Origin: an uncultured Candidatus Rokubacteria bacterium
Lineage (GTDB): Bacteria; Methylomirabilota; Methylomirabilia; Rokubacteriales; CSP1-6
Assembly (NCBI GenBank): GCA_963747235.1
Contig: CAVVEU010000040.1
Span: 160,001 to 224,000 of the forward strand
Length of the DNA stretch: 64,000 bases
Direction: 5' to 3'
The translations under genes were made by a program, and so were the position numbers. The number at the start of each line of letters is the position of its first letter. Position 1 is the first letter of the stretch. This document shows positions 1-16,550 of this stretch, in pieces. The notes beneath the pieces are model-generated. The model ran no database searches and was not told the origin of the DNA. It worked only from the letters and a program-made list of their open reading frames with translations.

Positions 1-501
1 CGGGGACCGGCGGCAGCAGCCGACGCTGGATGTCGCGCGCCGCCTCCAGATCGCGGCCGAACTGGGCCATGTGCTCGGCGGTGAACCAGTCCCCCAGCAC
101 GCTGAGCAGCGGGCGCACCACCCGCGACTGGGCGGTGCGCTTGAGCAGCGCCTGCACGCGGGCCAGGATCTCGGCCGGCTCGAAGGGCTTGGCCACGTAG
201 TCGTCGGCGCCGTGCTCGAAGCCTTTCATCTTGTCGGCGAGCGCGCCCTTGGCGGTCAGCATGATCACCGGCGTGTGCGCGGTGGGCCCGTGCTCCCGGA
301 TCCGGCGCAGCGCCTCGAGCCCGTCCGCGCGCGGCATCATCACGTCGAGCAGGACCAGGTCTGGCGCGTGGAGGTGGATGACCTCGAGCGCCTCGAGCCC
401 GTCGGCGGCGCTGATGACCTCGTAGCCCGCGCGCCGCAGGGTCACGCTCAGGATCGTGTTGATGTCGGCCTCGTCGTCCACCACCAGGATGCGGGCGGAG
501 G

Positions 502-505
<4 letters not shown>
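1..505 (-). CDS. Response regulator, REC domain plus probable SpoIIE/PP2C phosphatase (RsbU-like); runs off the window edge
   Basis: Manual translation from GTG 505: ARILVVDDEADI...DLVLLDVMMP...VIMLTAK...DDYVAKPF, then RDLEAARDIQRRLLP, typical of the helix preceding a SpoIIE domain. GTGA overlap with the upstream kinase stop. Confidence 0.75.
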
Positions 506-4554
<4,049 letters not shown>

Positions 4555-4576
4555 GCTCGCGTCCAGTATACGCGGA

Positions 4577-5401
4577 CTAGGCCCGAGGTCTGGTACCCGC
4601 CGCGCCGTAATAATTGAAGGTGAAGGAGAAGTGCCCGGCCGCGTCCGCCCGCTCGATCTCGGCGAGCCAGCCCGCCGCGCGGCGCGCCCCGACCAGCCCG
4701 AGCTCCACCGCCGCGCCGGCCCGCCGCTCGAGCAGGCTGTGGGTGAAGGGATCGAGTCGCCGCGCCTGGTAGACGTCCGCCAGCAGGCGCACGCGCTCGA
4801 GCCCCAGCTCCACCAGCCGCCGCACCAGGGTCCGGCCGGAGAACGGGTCGGGATACAACCGCGCGGTCACGCCCTCGAGGATCCGCCGGGTCAGCTCGCG
4901 GTCCGGATGATCGAGCACCTGGGTGCCGAAATCCTGGTCCTGGAGCGCCACCACGCCCCCCGGCCGCGTCACCCGCACCAGCTCGCGCAGCATCGCGTCC
5001 GGCCGCGCCACGTGGAGCAGCACGGTCACCGCGAGGGCGCAGTCGAAGCGGCCGGTGCGGAGCGGCAGCGCCGTCGCGTCGCCGAGGCGGAAGTCCACGC
5101 GGCGGTCGAGCCGTTCCTCGCGCGCCAGCCGCCGCGCGGCCGCCAGCAGCACCCGGCTCCGGTCGACACCGGTCACGTGGCCGCGCGGCCCCACGAGCGC
5201 GGCCACGTCGCGCGCGACCACCCCGCTGCCCGAGCCCACCTCGACCACGCGCCAGCCGGGGGCGATGCGGCAGAAGCGCAGGAAGCGGCGGCGCAGACGC
5301 GCCTGGCTCGGGCTGCGCCCGCGCGTTTCCATCATCCGCGCGTAGCGCTCGGGCCGGGGCTGGCGGTCGACGGCCCGCCAGGGATCGGGATGCACGGGCA
5401 C
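4577..5401 (-). CDS. Class I SAM-dependent methyltransferase (UbiE-like)
   Basis: VVEVGSGSG motif I, TGVDRS, GDATALP, LRELVRVTRPGG. Confidence 0.85.
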   Translation of the reverse strand: MPVHPDPWRAVDRQPRPERYARMMETRGRSPSQARLRRRFLRFCRIAPGWRVVEVGSGSGVVARDVAALVGPRGHVTGVDRSRVLLAAARRLAREERLDRRVDFRLGDATALPLRTGRFDCALAVTVLLHVARPDAMLRELVRVTRPGGVVALQDQDFGTQVLDHPDRELTRRILEGVTARLYPDPFSGRTLVRRLVELGLERVRLLADVYQARRLDPFTHSLLERRAGAAVELGLVGARRAAGWLAEIERADAAGHFSFTFNYYGAAGTRPRA

Positions 5402-5403
5402 GG

Positions 5404-6222
5404 TCAGTCGAAGCGGCCGGGAAAGAGCTCGCGGAACAATCGCAGCAGCCCGCCCTCGGCCGCCGCCGGCGCGACGCGGTCGGCGGCGCGGCGCACGAGC
5501 TCGGGGGCGTGCGGCATGGCCACGCCGAGACCGGCCTCGCGCAGCATCTCCACGTCGTTCTCCTGATCGCCCACCGCGACGACCCGATCGAGCGGCACGC
5601 CCAGGTGCGCGCTCAGCCGGCCCAGCGCCGCGCCCTTCGAGGCCCCCACCGGGATGATCTCGAGGTAGTCGCCACGGGTGCGCACGAGGCGGCCGTGCTC
5701 GGCCACGATCGGGGTCAGCTCGCCCCGCACGATGTCGAGATCCTTCGGGTGGCCGATCAGCAGGCTCTTGATGAACCCGCCCAGGGCCAGGAACTCGGCG
5801 GGATCGTCCACCACGTCCACGTGGAGGCCTTCCTCCTCGCAGTACCGGCGCACCGCGAGGGTGTGCGCGATGCAGTAGAGCCGGTCGTCGCGGTAGAAGA
5901 CCGGGTGCACCGGGGCCTGCGAGAACACCGCCCAGGCCCGCCGGAGCGCGCCGCGGGGCAGCGTGAGCGAGACGAGATCGGGGCCGCCCTCGGCGCCGCG
6001 CACCACCGCGCCGTTGTAGTAGATGACCGGGGCGGTGACGCCGAGCTGGTCGCGGTAGGGATCGGCCGCCGCGGGCATCCGCCCGGTGGCCAGCGAGATG
6101 GCGAGCCCGCGCTCGGACGCGCCGTGGAAGGCCTCCACCAGCGCCGGATCGAGCGCCATGGAGTCGTCGAGCAGGGTCCCGTCGAGATCGCAGACGAGGA
6201 GATCGTACGTCGCGGGCGTCAC
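5404..6222 (-). CDS. Cof-type HAD-IIB hydrolase
   Basis: DLDGTLL, LATGR, ASKG and VGDQENDVEML motifs. GTG start overlaps the upstream stop. Confidence 0.88.
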   Translation of the reverse strand: MTPATYDLLVCDLDGTLLDDSMALDPALVEAFHGASERGLAISLATGRMPAAADPYRDQLGVTAPVIYYNGAVVRGAEGGPDLVSLTLPRGALRRAWAVFSQAPVHPVFYRDDRLYCIAHTLAVRRYCEEEGLHVDVVDDPAEFLALGGFIKSLLIGHPKDLDIVRGELTPIVAEHGRLVRTRGDYLEIIPVGASKGAALGRLSAHLGVPLDRVVAVGDQENDVEMLREAGLGVAMPHAPELVRRAADRVAPAAAEGGLLRLFRELFPGRFD

Positions 6223-6467
6223 GCCCGCCGTTCCCCCCGCTGGAACCGCGCCGCGCACTCGCGGCTGCAGAAGAAGAGCGGCGCCCCGCCCGCCTCGGAC
6301 CGGATCGCCCGCGACATCAGGACGTAGGTCTGGCACACCGGATCCTTCACCAGCTCGTCGCGGGTCCGCTCGCCGGGCGAGGGCAGCCGCGCCCGCCACG
6401 CGGCGGGCAGCCGGGTGACCACGAGGACGACCACCGCGATCAGGGCCAGGAGCATCAGCGCGCGCAT
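6219..6467 (-). CDS. Membrane-anchored YHS/TRASH domain protein
   Basis: Hydrophobic N-terminus, then ELVKDPVCQTYV...FFCSRECAARF. Confidence 0.75.
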   Translation of the reverse strand: MRALMLLALIAVVVLVVTRLPAAWRARLPSPGERTRDELVKDPVCQTYVLMSRAIRSEAGGAPLFFCSRECAARFQRGERRA

Positions 6468-6475
6468 GGCGCCTC

Positions 6476-6712
6476 TCAACGAGGATCGGGTCGGATGGAG
6501 AGCGAGCGGAGGAAGTCGCGGTCCTGCTCGGTCAGATCGAAGCCCTCGGCGGACTCGGCGGCGCGGGCGCCCGAGAAGAAGATGCCGGTCTCCGCGCCGC
6601 GCCGCAGGATCTCCTGCACCGCCTCGCGCGAGGCCTCGGTGGCCTTGAGCGAGACCTCGATGGCGCGGAGCAGCTTCTCCATCAGCCGATCGGCGGGGCG
6701 CTCTTGCGTCAT
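6476..6712 (-). CDS. Small hypothetical protein
   Basis: 78-aa ORF with natural composition, heading the minus-strand gene run. Confidence 0.55.
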   Translation of the reverse strand: MTQERPADRLMEKLLRAIEVSLKATEASREAVQEILRRGAETGIFFSGARAAESAEGFDLTEQDRDFLRSLSIRPDPR

Positions 6713-6750
6713 GGCGTGTACGATAGCACACTGACCCGACGGAGCTTTCC

Positions 6751-7308
6751 GTGGCCCCCGACGACACCACCCGCGACTGGCACTTCCTCCGCTCGACGAC
6801 GCGCGAGCGCCTCGGCAAGCTCACCCTGCGCGAGGACGTCTGGCGCCTGCCCACCGGCGTGGAGAAGACCTACCCCATCCTGCACGTCGGGCCGACGGTG
6901 GGCGTGGTGCCCTTCGTGGACGCGGACCACGTGCTGCTGATCCGGCAGTTCCGTCATCTCCTCCGCGGCGATTCCTGGGAGCTGCCCGGGGGCGGCGGCC
7001 TACCCGGGGAGACGCCGGAGGCCGCCGCGCAGCGCGAGCTGCGGGAGGAGGGCGGCTACCGCGCGGGACGCCTGACCTTCCTCACCCGCTTCTTCCCCTC
7101 CGCCGCGTATCTCGACGAGACCGCCTACTGCTACATCGGCGAGGAGCTCGTGGCCGATCCCCTCGCCTCCGACGACGACGAGTTCTTCGAGCGGCGCGTG
7201 GTCCGGTTCCGCGAAGCGGTGGCGATGGCGCTGGACGACCGCATCACCGAGTCCGTCTCCAAGATCGCCCTCCTCGCCGCCGCCCTCCGCCGCGGCCTCC
7301 GCCCCTAG
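6751..7308 (+). CDS. NUDIX hydrolase (ADP-ribose pyrophosphatase-like)
   Basis: LLIRQFRH...WELPGGGGLPGETPEAAAQRELREEGG Nudix box. GGAG RBS upstream. Confidence 0.88.
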   Translation: MAPDDTTRDWHFLRSTTRERLGKLTLREDVWRLPTGVEKTYPILHVGPTVGVVPFVDADHVLLIRQFRHLLRGDSWELPGGGGLPGETPEAAAQRELREEGGYRAGRLTFLTRFFPSAAYLDETAYCYIGEELVADPLASDDDEFFERRVVRFREAVAMALDDRITESVSKIALLAAALRRGLRP

Positions 7309-7358
7309 CGTCGCTCCGCGTCCGCCCGCTGCGTCGACCGCGCGCTCGGCTCATCGAC

Positions 7359-7510
7359 GGGTGGGACCGGGGGGCGGGGGCTCTCCCGGGAGCACGCTGA
7401 CTCGCACGCCCGCACCGGCTCTCTCACGAGCCACGAGATGGGAGCGCCAGCCTTCGGCGACGCGCAGAAGACACGGCTCCCGGGAGAGCCCCCGCCCCCC
7501 AGCCCCACCC
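7359..7510 (+). repeat. Structured interspersed element, copy 1
   Basis: Perfect 25-bp inverted repeat 7369-7393/7476-7500 encloses an ~82-nt core homologous to copy 2. Confidence 0.8.
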
Positions 7511-7626
7511 TCGCGCCGCGACACACCACTCAAGCGCGGGCACCGCTACACCGGAGTGGAATCACCCGAGCCCCCTGATTGACTGGCGGGTGGTGACCAG
7601 CCTTGACGTGGCGGTTGGAACTGGTT

Positions 7627-7779
7627 GTGCGCGGAGGGGGTGGCAGGTCCTCCCCGGGACCGTGTCTTCTGCGCGTCGCCGAAGCGCAACGCCCCCATCT
7701 CGTGGCTCGATTGAGAGAGCCCGCGCGGGCCAGCGAGTCAGCGTGTCCCGGGGAGGACCTGCCACCCCCTCCGGCGCAC
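7627..7779 (-). repeat. Structured interspersed element, copy 2 (inverted)
   Basis: Perfect 29-bp inverted repeat 7632-7660/7745-7773 encloses the reverse complement of the copy 1 core. Confidence 0.8.
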
Positions 7780-7785
7780 CCCGCG

Positions 7786-8781
7786 TCAGACACGACGTGG
7801 CGCGAAGTCAGCGAGGCCCGGCGACCAGCGCGCCGCGGGGGGCGAGGCGAGGTCGCGGGCCTGCTCGTGGGCTTCGTCGGCCTCGCGGGGGAGGCCGGTG
7901 CGCGCGTAGAGGTCGCCGAGGAGCGCGTGCAGGCTCGGCTGGTCGGCGTCGGCGGTGAGCGCGGTCACCACCACGCGGCGCGCGTCGTGGAGGAAACCGC
8001 GACTGGCCAGGATGCCCGCCTGCATCACCGCGCGCGAGCTGGCCGGCACGTCGGGGCCGAGCGCCTGGTCGATCTCGCGCAGATCGCGCTGTAACTCGTC
8101 GGCGCGCTGCCGGTCCGCCACCTCGAAGCGGATCTCGTCCACCACGCTCTGCCCCGAGAAGAGCTGCAGCGTGTAGGCGGTCCCGGGAGCCAGCGCGGGC
8201 GCGTCGGCCGGATAGGCGAGCCGGCTGCCGGTCAGCCCGGAGCGCTCCAGCACGACGGTGGAGCCGGTGACCACGCGCAGCGTGTAGCGCCCGAACTGAT
8301 AGCCCTGCCACTCGAACGCGAGCGCGTCCGGCATGACGGGGCCCACGCGCGGGCTCAGGATCGCGGGCGGCCGCCTCATGGTCCGCGTGGAGAGCACCGG
8401 GCGCGGCGTCTCGCGGGGGTTGCTGCCGAGGAAGCCGAGACCGCTCTCGAGCAGGAGGAAGGCCTTCTGCGCCTTGCTGTCCGCCGGCGGCGCCGTGACC
8501 ACGAACGGTGACCGCGCCGCGTCCACCTGCACGCTGCCGCGCCGGCCGGCCAGCACCACCACCGCGGAGGCGTTGTCCGTGGCGCGGAGGCTGTCGCCGA
8601 CCCTGAGCGCGAGCAGCGGCCCCGCGGGCCGCCACTCCGTCGTCCCCGGCCCGCTCACCTCGATGCGCCCGCGGCCCGGCTTGATCTCGGTGATCATGGC
8701 GCCCACGTCCCGCGTCTGGGCACTCGCCGGCACCGTCGCGCTCAGCATCACGATGACCAGCCAGGCCGTGACTCGGGTCAT
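7786..8781 (-). CDS. Secreted protein with FecR-like N-terminus and DUF928/TPR-like C-terminus
   Basis: Signal peptide ending ASA-Q, EWRPAGPLLALRVGDSLRA, YPADAPALAPGTAY, and TPR-like HALLGDLYARTGL. The C-terminal end is uncertain. Confidence 0.55.
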   Translation of the reverse strand: MTRVTAWLVIVMLSATVPASAQTRDVGAMITEIKPGRGRIEVSGPGTTEWRPAGPLLALRVGDSLRATDNASAVVVLAGRRGSVQVDAARSPFVVTAPPADSKAQKAFLLLESGLGFLGSNPRETPRPVLSTRTMRRPPAILSPRVGPVMPDALAFEWQGYQFGRYTLRVVTGSTVVLERSGLTGSRLAYPADAPALAPGTAYTLQLFSGQSVVDEIRFEVADRQRADELQRDLREIDQALGPDVPASSRAVMQAGILASRGFLHDARRVVVTALTADADQPSLHALLGDLYARTGLPREADEAHEQARDLASPPAARWSPGLADFAPRRV

Positions 8782-8790
8782 GCCCACCTC

Positions 8791-11520
<2,730 letters not shown>

Positions 11521-11589
11521 CGGCCAGCCGGTGACGGACCATGCGGTCGGGGATCCGGCGGCCGCCGGGGCGCGGCGCTCACTCCGCCG

Positions 11590-12685
11590 CTAGCCCGCGG
11601 CCGGGAAGACGCGCAGCGCCTCGGGCCGGAGCGAGAGCGCCAGCTCGGCGCCCTCCGCGGCGCCCAGGCTCGGCGAAGGCGGTGGCCGCCACGTCGCACT
11701 CGAGCGCGGGCGCGCCGTCGGGCAGGGCCAGGCTCAGGCGGGTGAAGGGACCCAGGAACTGGATGGCGCGGATGCGCGTGACCAGCCGGTTCTCCGCGCC
11801 GAGCGGCGGCGCCGACCGTGATCTCCTCGGGCCGGATCGCGAGCGTGAGCCGCGTGCCCGCGGCGACCGCCTCGGTGGCCCCGTGACGCATCTCCGCCCC
11901 GCCGAGCCGCGCCCACCCGGCCCGCTCCCCCGCGATCGGCGTCGAGGAAGTTCATCTGGCCGACGAAGCGCGCGACGAACGGCGAGCGCGGGCGCATGTA
12001 GACCTCGACCGGCGCGCCCACCTGCTCCACCACCCCGTGGTTCATCACCACGATGCGGTCGGCCATGGCGAGCGCCTCCTCCTGGTCGTGCGTCACCATG
12101 ATGGTGGTCACGCCGAGCCGCCGCTGCAGCGCGCGGATCTCGTGGCGGAGCGACTGGCGCACCCGCGCGTCGAGCGCGGAGAGCGGCTCGTCCAGCAGCA
12201 GCAGCGCGGGCGACGGCGCCAGGGCCCGCGCCAGCGCGATGCGCTGCTGCTCGCCGCCCGAGAGCTGCGCCGGGTACTTCTGCTTGTGGGCCGCGAGCCC
12301 CACCAGGGCCAGCAGCTCGTCGACGCGGGCCTCGATCTGGGCCTTCGCCACGCGCGCGCGTCTCGAGCCCGTAGCCCACGTTGCGGGCCACCGTGAGGTT
12401 CGGGAAGAGCGCGTAGGACTGGAAGACGATGCCGTAGTTGCGCTGGCTGGGCGGCAGCGTGGAGACGTCGCGCCCGCCCATCATCACCACGCCCGCGTTC
12501 TGCCGCTCGAGCCCCGCGATGATCCGCAGCAGCGTGGTCTTGCCGCAGCCGCTCGGCCCCAGGAAGCAGACGAACTCGCCGGGCGCGATGGACAGCGTGA
12601 TGCCGCGCAGGGCCACGAACTGGCCGAACTTCTTGGCGATGCCCTCGAGGGCCACCGCCGCGGGCCGGGCGGTCGCCGCACTCAC
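11590..12685 (-). CDS. ABC ATP-binding protein, putative 2-aminoethylphosphonate family (split)
   Basis: [40 protein letters not shown]-like C-terminus. Confidence 0.85.
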
Positions 12686-14637
12686 CCGCGGCTCCCTCTC
12701 GCGGACTCTTCCGCCACCACGCGCAGCAGCCCGGGCCCGTAGCGCTCCGCCTTGTGTGGCCCCACCCCGTGCGCCATCTCGAGCTCGGCCCGCGTGCGGG
12801 GCTCAGCATGGCGATGTCGCGGAGGGTCCGATCGCTGGCCACGATGAAGGGCGCCAGGCCCTCGGCCCGCGCCACCGCGAGCCGGTGGCGCCGGAGCGCC
12901 TCGAAGAGCCCCTGGGCCGCCGCGTCCAGCTCCGCGGCCTCGCGCGCGGGCCGGCGGCGCCCGGGCTCCGACGACCCGCGCCGCGGGCGCGGCCTCCGCG
13001 CGGCGGCCGGTCGGGGGCAGCAGCAGCCGCACCGGCCGCTCGCCCTTCATGACCGCGCGCCCTTCCTCGGTCAGCACCACGACCGGGCGCTCGCGTCCCG
13101 AGAAGCTCACCCACCCCGCGGAGACGCACCGGCGCAGCAGGGCCAGGATCCACGCCTCCGGATGCTCCTTCAGATTGCCGTGGGTCGGCACCCGGGTGAG
13201 CCCGGCCCGCTCCAGGCGCTCGTCCGGCTCGCCGTGGACCAGCTTCACCACGGTCTGGAGCCCGAAGCGGTCGTGGACGCGGGCCACGCCCGACAGGGCC
13301 TTCCGGACGATCAGGGTGGTGCGCTCGGCATCCTCCTCTTCCGGGGCGCCCTCGAGCGCCCGGCAGACGTCGCAGCGCCCGCAGCCGTCGAGCGTCTCCG
13401 CCTCGTCGCCGAAGTAGCGAAGAATCGCGTCGTGACGGCAGCTTCCGCCCTCGACCCAGCGGATCAGCTCGAGGAACAGGCCCCACTTGTGCTCGACCAC
13501 CGCGGGATCCGGCGCCGCGCCGTCGGCGCCCCGCTCGAGCAGGGCGCGGCGCAGCGGCAGATCGCTGCCGCTGACCAGGAGGAGCCCGAGGGCGGGCGCC
13601 CCGTCGCGGCCGGCGCGGCCCACCTCCTGGTAGTAGGCCTCGATGGAGCCGGGCGGGCCCAGGTGGATCACCGCGCGGACGTCCGGCCGGTCGATGCCCA
13701 TGCCGAAGGCGTTGGTGGCCACGACGACCTCGACGCGCCCGTCCGCGAACCCTCGCTGGGCCACCTCGCGCGTCGCGGCCGTCGAGCCCGGCGTGATAGA
13801 CGCGGCGCCCGCCAGCCGCGGCCGGCCAGCCGCTCGCCCTCCTCCTCGGCCTTCTTGCGCGTCGGCGCGTAGACGATCGCGGTGCCGCCGCCGCGGCCGG
13901 GCCCGCCGAGCGCCTCGGCGAGCGCCGCGTCCACCAGCCGCTCGCGCTCGCGCTTGCCCGTCCACCTCGACCGCGCGCAGGGCCAGGTTCGGGCGGGCGA
14001 AGCCGCGCACCATCTGCGGCGTGTCCGGCGGCAGGCCGAGCCGCGCGAGGATCTCGTCGCGCACGACCGGCGTCGCGGTGGCCGTGCACGCGAGCACGCG
14101 CGCGGCCGGGAAGTCGGCGATCAGCGCGCCGATCTCGAGATACTCCGGGCGGAAGTCGTGGCCCCACTCGCTGATGCAGTGGGCCTCGTCCACCGCGACG
14201 AGCGGGACGGCGAGCTCGCGCGAGCATGGCCCGGAAGCCGGGGAACGCGAGCCGCTCGGGCGCGACGTAGACGAGCTGGAAGGCGCCGGCGGCCAGCCGC
14301 GCCATGCGCCGCCGCATCTCGGCGGCGTCGAGGGTGGCCGCCAGGTAGGTCGCGGGCACCCCGCGCGCGTCGAGCGCCTGCACCTGGTCGGCCATCAGGG
14401 CCACCAGCGGCGAGATGACGAGCGTGGTGCCGGGCAGCAGCGTGGCGGGGAGCTGGTAGCTCAGGCTCTTGCCGCCGCCGGTGGGCGCCACCAGGAGGAG
14501 CCGGCCGCGGGCGAGCAGGGTCTCGATCGCCTCGCGCTGGCCCGGCCGGAAGGCGGCGTAGCCGAGCCGGGAGCCCCGCGTCGAGAGTCGGAGTCCCGAC
14601 GGTCAGCCGCCGGCTGGGCCGCGCCGCTCGCGATCAC
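12682..14637 (-). CDS. recQ: ATP-dependent DNA helicase RecQ (split)
   Basis: [61 protein letters not shown], Zn site CRH...CGRCDVC, HRDC-like tail. Confidence 0.88.
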
Positions 14638-14638
14638 C

Positions 14639-15666
14639 TTACTTGGCGTACCGCTTCTGCCACTCGGCGAGGATCCGGTCGCGGTTCTTCGCCGACCAGT
14701 CGAAGTCGTTCGGGAACACGACCTTGCTGATGTCCTTCGGCAGGCCCTCGGGCACCGGCATGCCGGCCACCGCCACCGCCGCGAAGAACTTGGCGTAGAT
14801 CTCCATCGACTCGTCGGTGATCGGCCCAGTCGAGGAACTGCTTGGCCGCCGGGTTCTTCGCGCCCTTCTTGGTGAGCCCGTTGGCCTCCATCTCGTAGCC
14901 CGAGCCCTCCTTGGGCAGCACCATCTCCACCGGGGCGCCCTTCTTCTTCATCTCGAGGGCGACGTACTCGAACGACACGCCGATGGCGCGCTCGCCCGCC
15001 GCCGCGTCCTTGCAGGGCTTGGAGCCGGACTTCGTGTACTCGGCGATGTTCGTGTCGAGCGCGTCGAGGTACTTCCAGCCCTCGGCCTCGCCCATCCGCT
15101 GCAGGATCGACGACCACCGAGAGGTAGCCGGTGCCCGAGGAGGCCGGGTTCGGCATCACGACGTGCCCCTTGTAGACGGGCTTGGTCGAGGTCGGCCCAC
15201 GAGGCGGGCGCGGGCAGGTTGTGCTTCTTCGCCACCTCGGTGTTGAAGCAGAAGGCGGACATGTAGATGTCGATGCCCGACCCAGCGACGGGCGGGTTGG
15301 CCTTGTCGCGGAAGAGCGGCTGGATGCGGTCGAGCCCCTTGGGCGCGTAGGGCTCGAGCAGGCCCGCGTTCTTGAAGATCGAGCATGTTGGTGGCGCCGA
15401 CGCCCCAGATCACGTCCGCCTGCATGTTGTCCTTCTCGGCCATGAAGCGGGCCGCGATGTCGCCCGGTGGACAGCCGGAGCATCTTGACCTCGATGTTCG
15501 GCAGCGACTTCTCGTAGGCCTTCTTGTACTCGGCGATCTGCTCGTTCTCGATCGCGGTGTAGATGACCACGGTCTGCTTCTGGGCCGCGGCCGGGGTGAC
15601 CGCGGCGACGGCCAGCAGCGCGGTCGTCACGATCAGGGCGAGGACGCTGCGCGCGGTGGTGAGCAT
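14639..15666 (-). CDS. ABC substrate-binding protein, putative 2-aminoethylphosphonate family (split)
   Basis: Signal peptide, [43 protein letters not shown]. Confidence 0.8.
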
Positions 15667-15706
15667 GATGGAGCCTCCTTGGAGTAGCGGGTCGAGTGGG
15701 ACATCC

Positions 15707-16475
15707 TTACTGAGCCATGAATCCGCCGTCGACGATCATCTCCGCCCCCGTCATGAACGACGACTCGTCGGAGGCGAGGAACAGCGCGGCGTTGGCGATG
15801 TCGCGAGGCTGGCCGATGCGTCCGAGCGGGATTCCGGTCTTGAACTCGGCCCGCAGCGCGTCGTTGAGATACGGGGCCTGCAACGGGGTCTCGACGATCC
15901 CCGGGTGGATGATGTTCGAGCGGATATTGTCCTTCGCGAACTGGATGGCCAGCGACTTGTTGAGCGAGATCAGCGCGCCCTTGGCCGCGGTGTAGGCGTC
16001 CTGCGCCCGCGTGAAGCCGGCCAGCGCGGAGACCGAGCCGACCAGGATGATGGATCCGCCGCCGGCCGCCTGGAGGTGCGGGATGCCGTACTTGGTCACC
16101 CAGAAGACCGACTTGAGGTTGATGGCCATGACCCGGTCCCACTGCTCGCCGTCCGTCTCGAGCACCGACGCGGTCGCGGTCCTTCCAGAGCACGCCCGCG
16201 TTGTTGTAGAGGACGTGGAGCGCCCCGAAGCGGCGCGCCCCGTCCTCGACCATGCGTCGCACGTCGGCCTCGACGGCCACGTCGCCCACCACCGCCAGCG
16301 CCTCGCCGCCCGCCTTCTCGCACCAGCTCCACCGTCTCGGCGGCGGCCGCGCCGTTGATGTCGCAGACCACGACGCGGGCGCCTTCCTCGGCGAAGAGGA
16401 CCGACGGCCTCGCGTCCCATGCCCATCCCCGCGCCCGGTGATCAGCGCGACTTTGCCCTTGAGTCTTCCTGCCAT
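15707..16475 (-). CDS. SDR family oxidoreductase (split)
   Basis: GRLKGKVALITG, YNNAG, YTAAK, ALFLASDESSFMTG. Confidence 0.85.
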
Positions 16476-16482
16476 GTCCTGT

Positions 16483-16549
16483 CTCTCCCCCTCCGCGGGC
16501 GAGGGTTCCGGACTCTCCCTCTCCCCCTGGGGAGAGGGCAGGGTGAGGG
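16483..16549. repeat. REP-like palindrome CCCTCTCCCC-n-GGGGAGAGGG-CAGGGTGAGGG plus an adjacent degenerate copy
   Basis: 10-bp stem at 16517-16538. Homologous to 36092-36125 and 51918-51952. Confidence 0.75.
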
Positions 16550-16550
16550 C

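Noticed and set aside
7393-7476. Element core as a hammerhead ribozyme, tRNA or CRISPR repeat
   Set aside because: No CUGANGA/GAAA core, no cloverleaf with a T-loop, and only two inverted copies with no spacer array or cas genes.
7305-7793. Short ORFs in the NUDIX downstream region
   Set aside because: They are translations of the paired palindromic elements, and they resemble each other for that reason.
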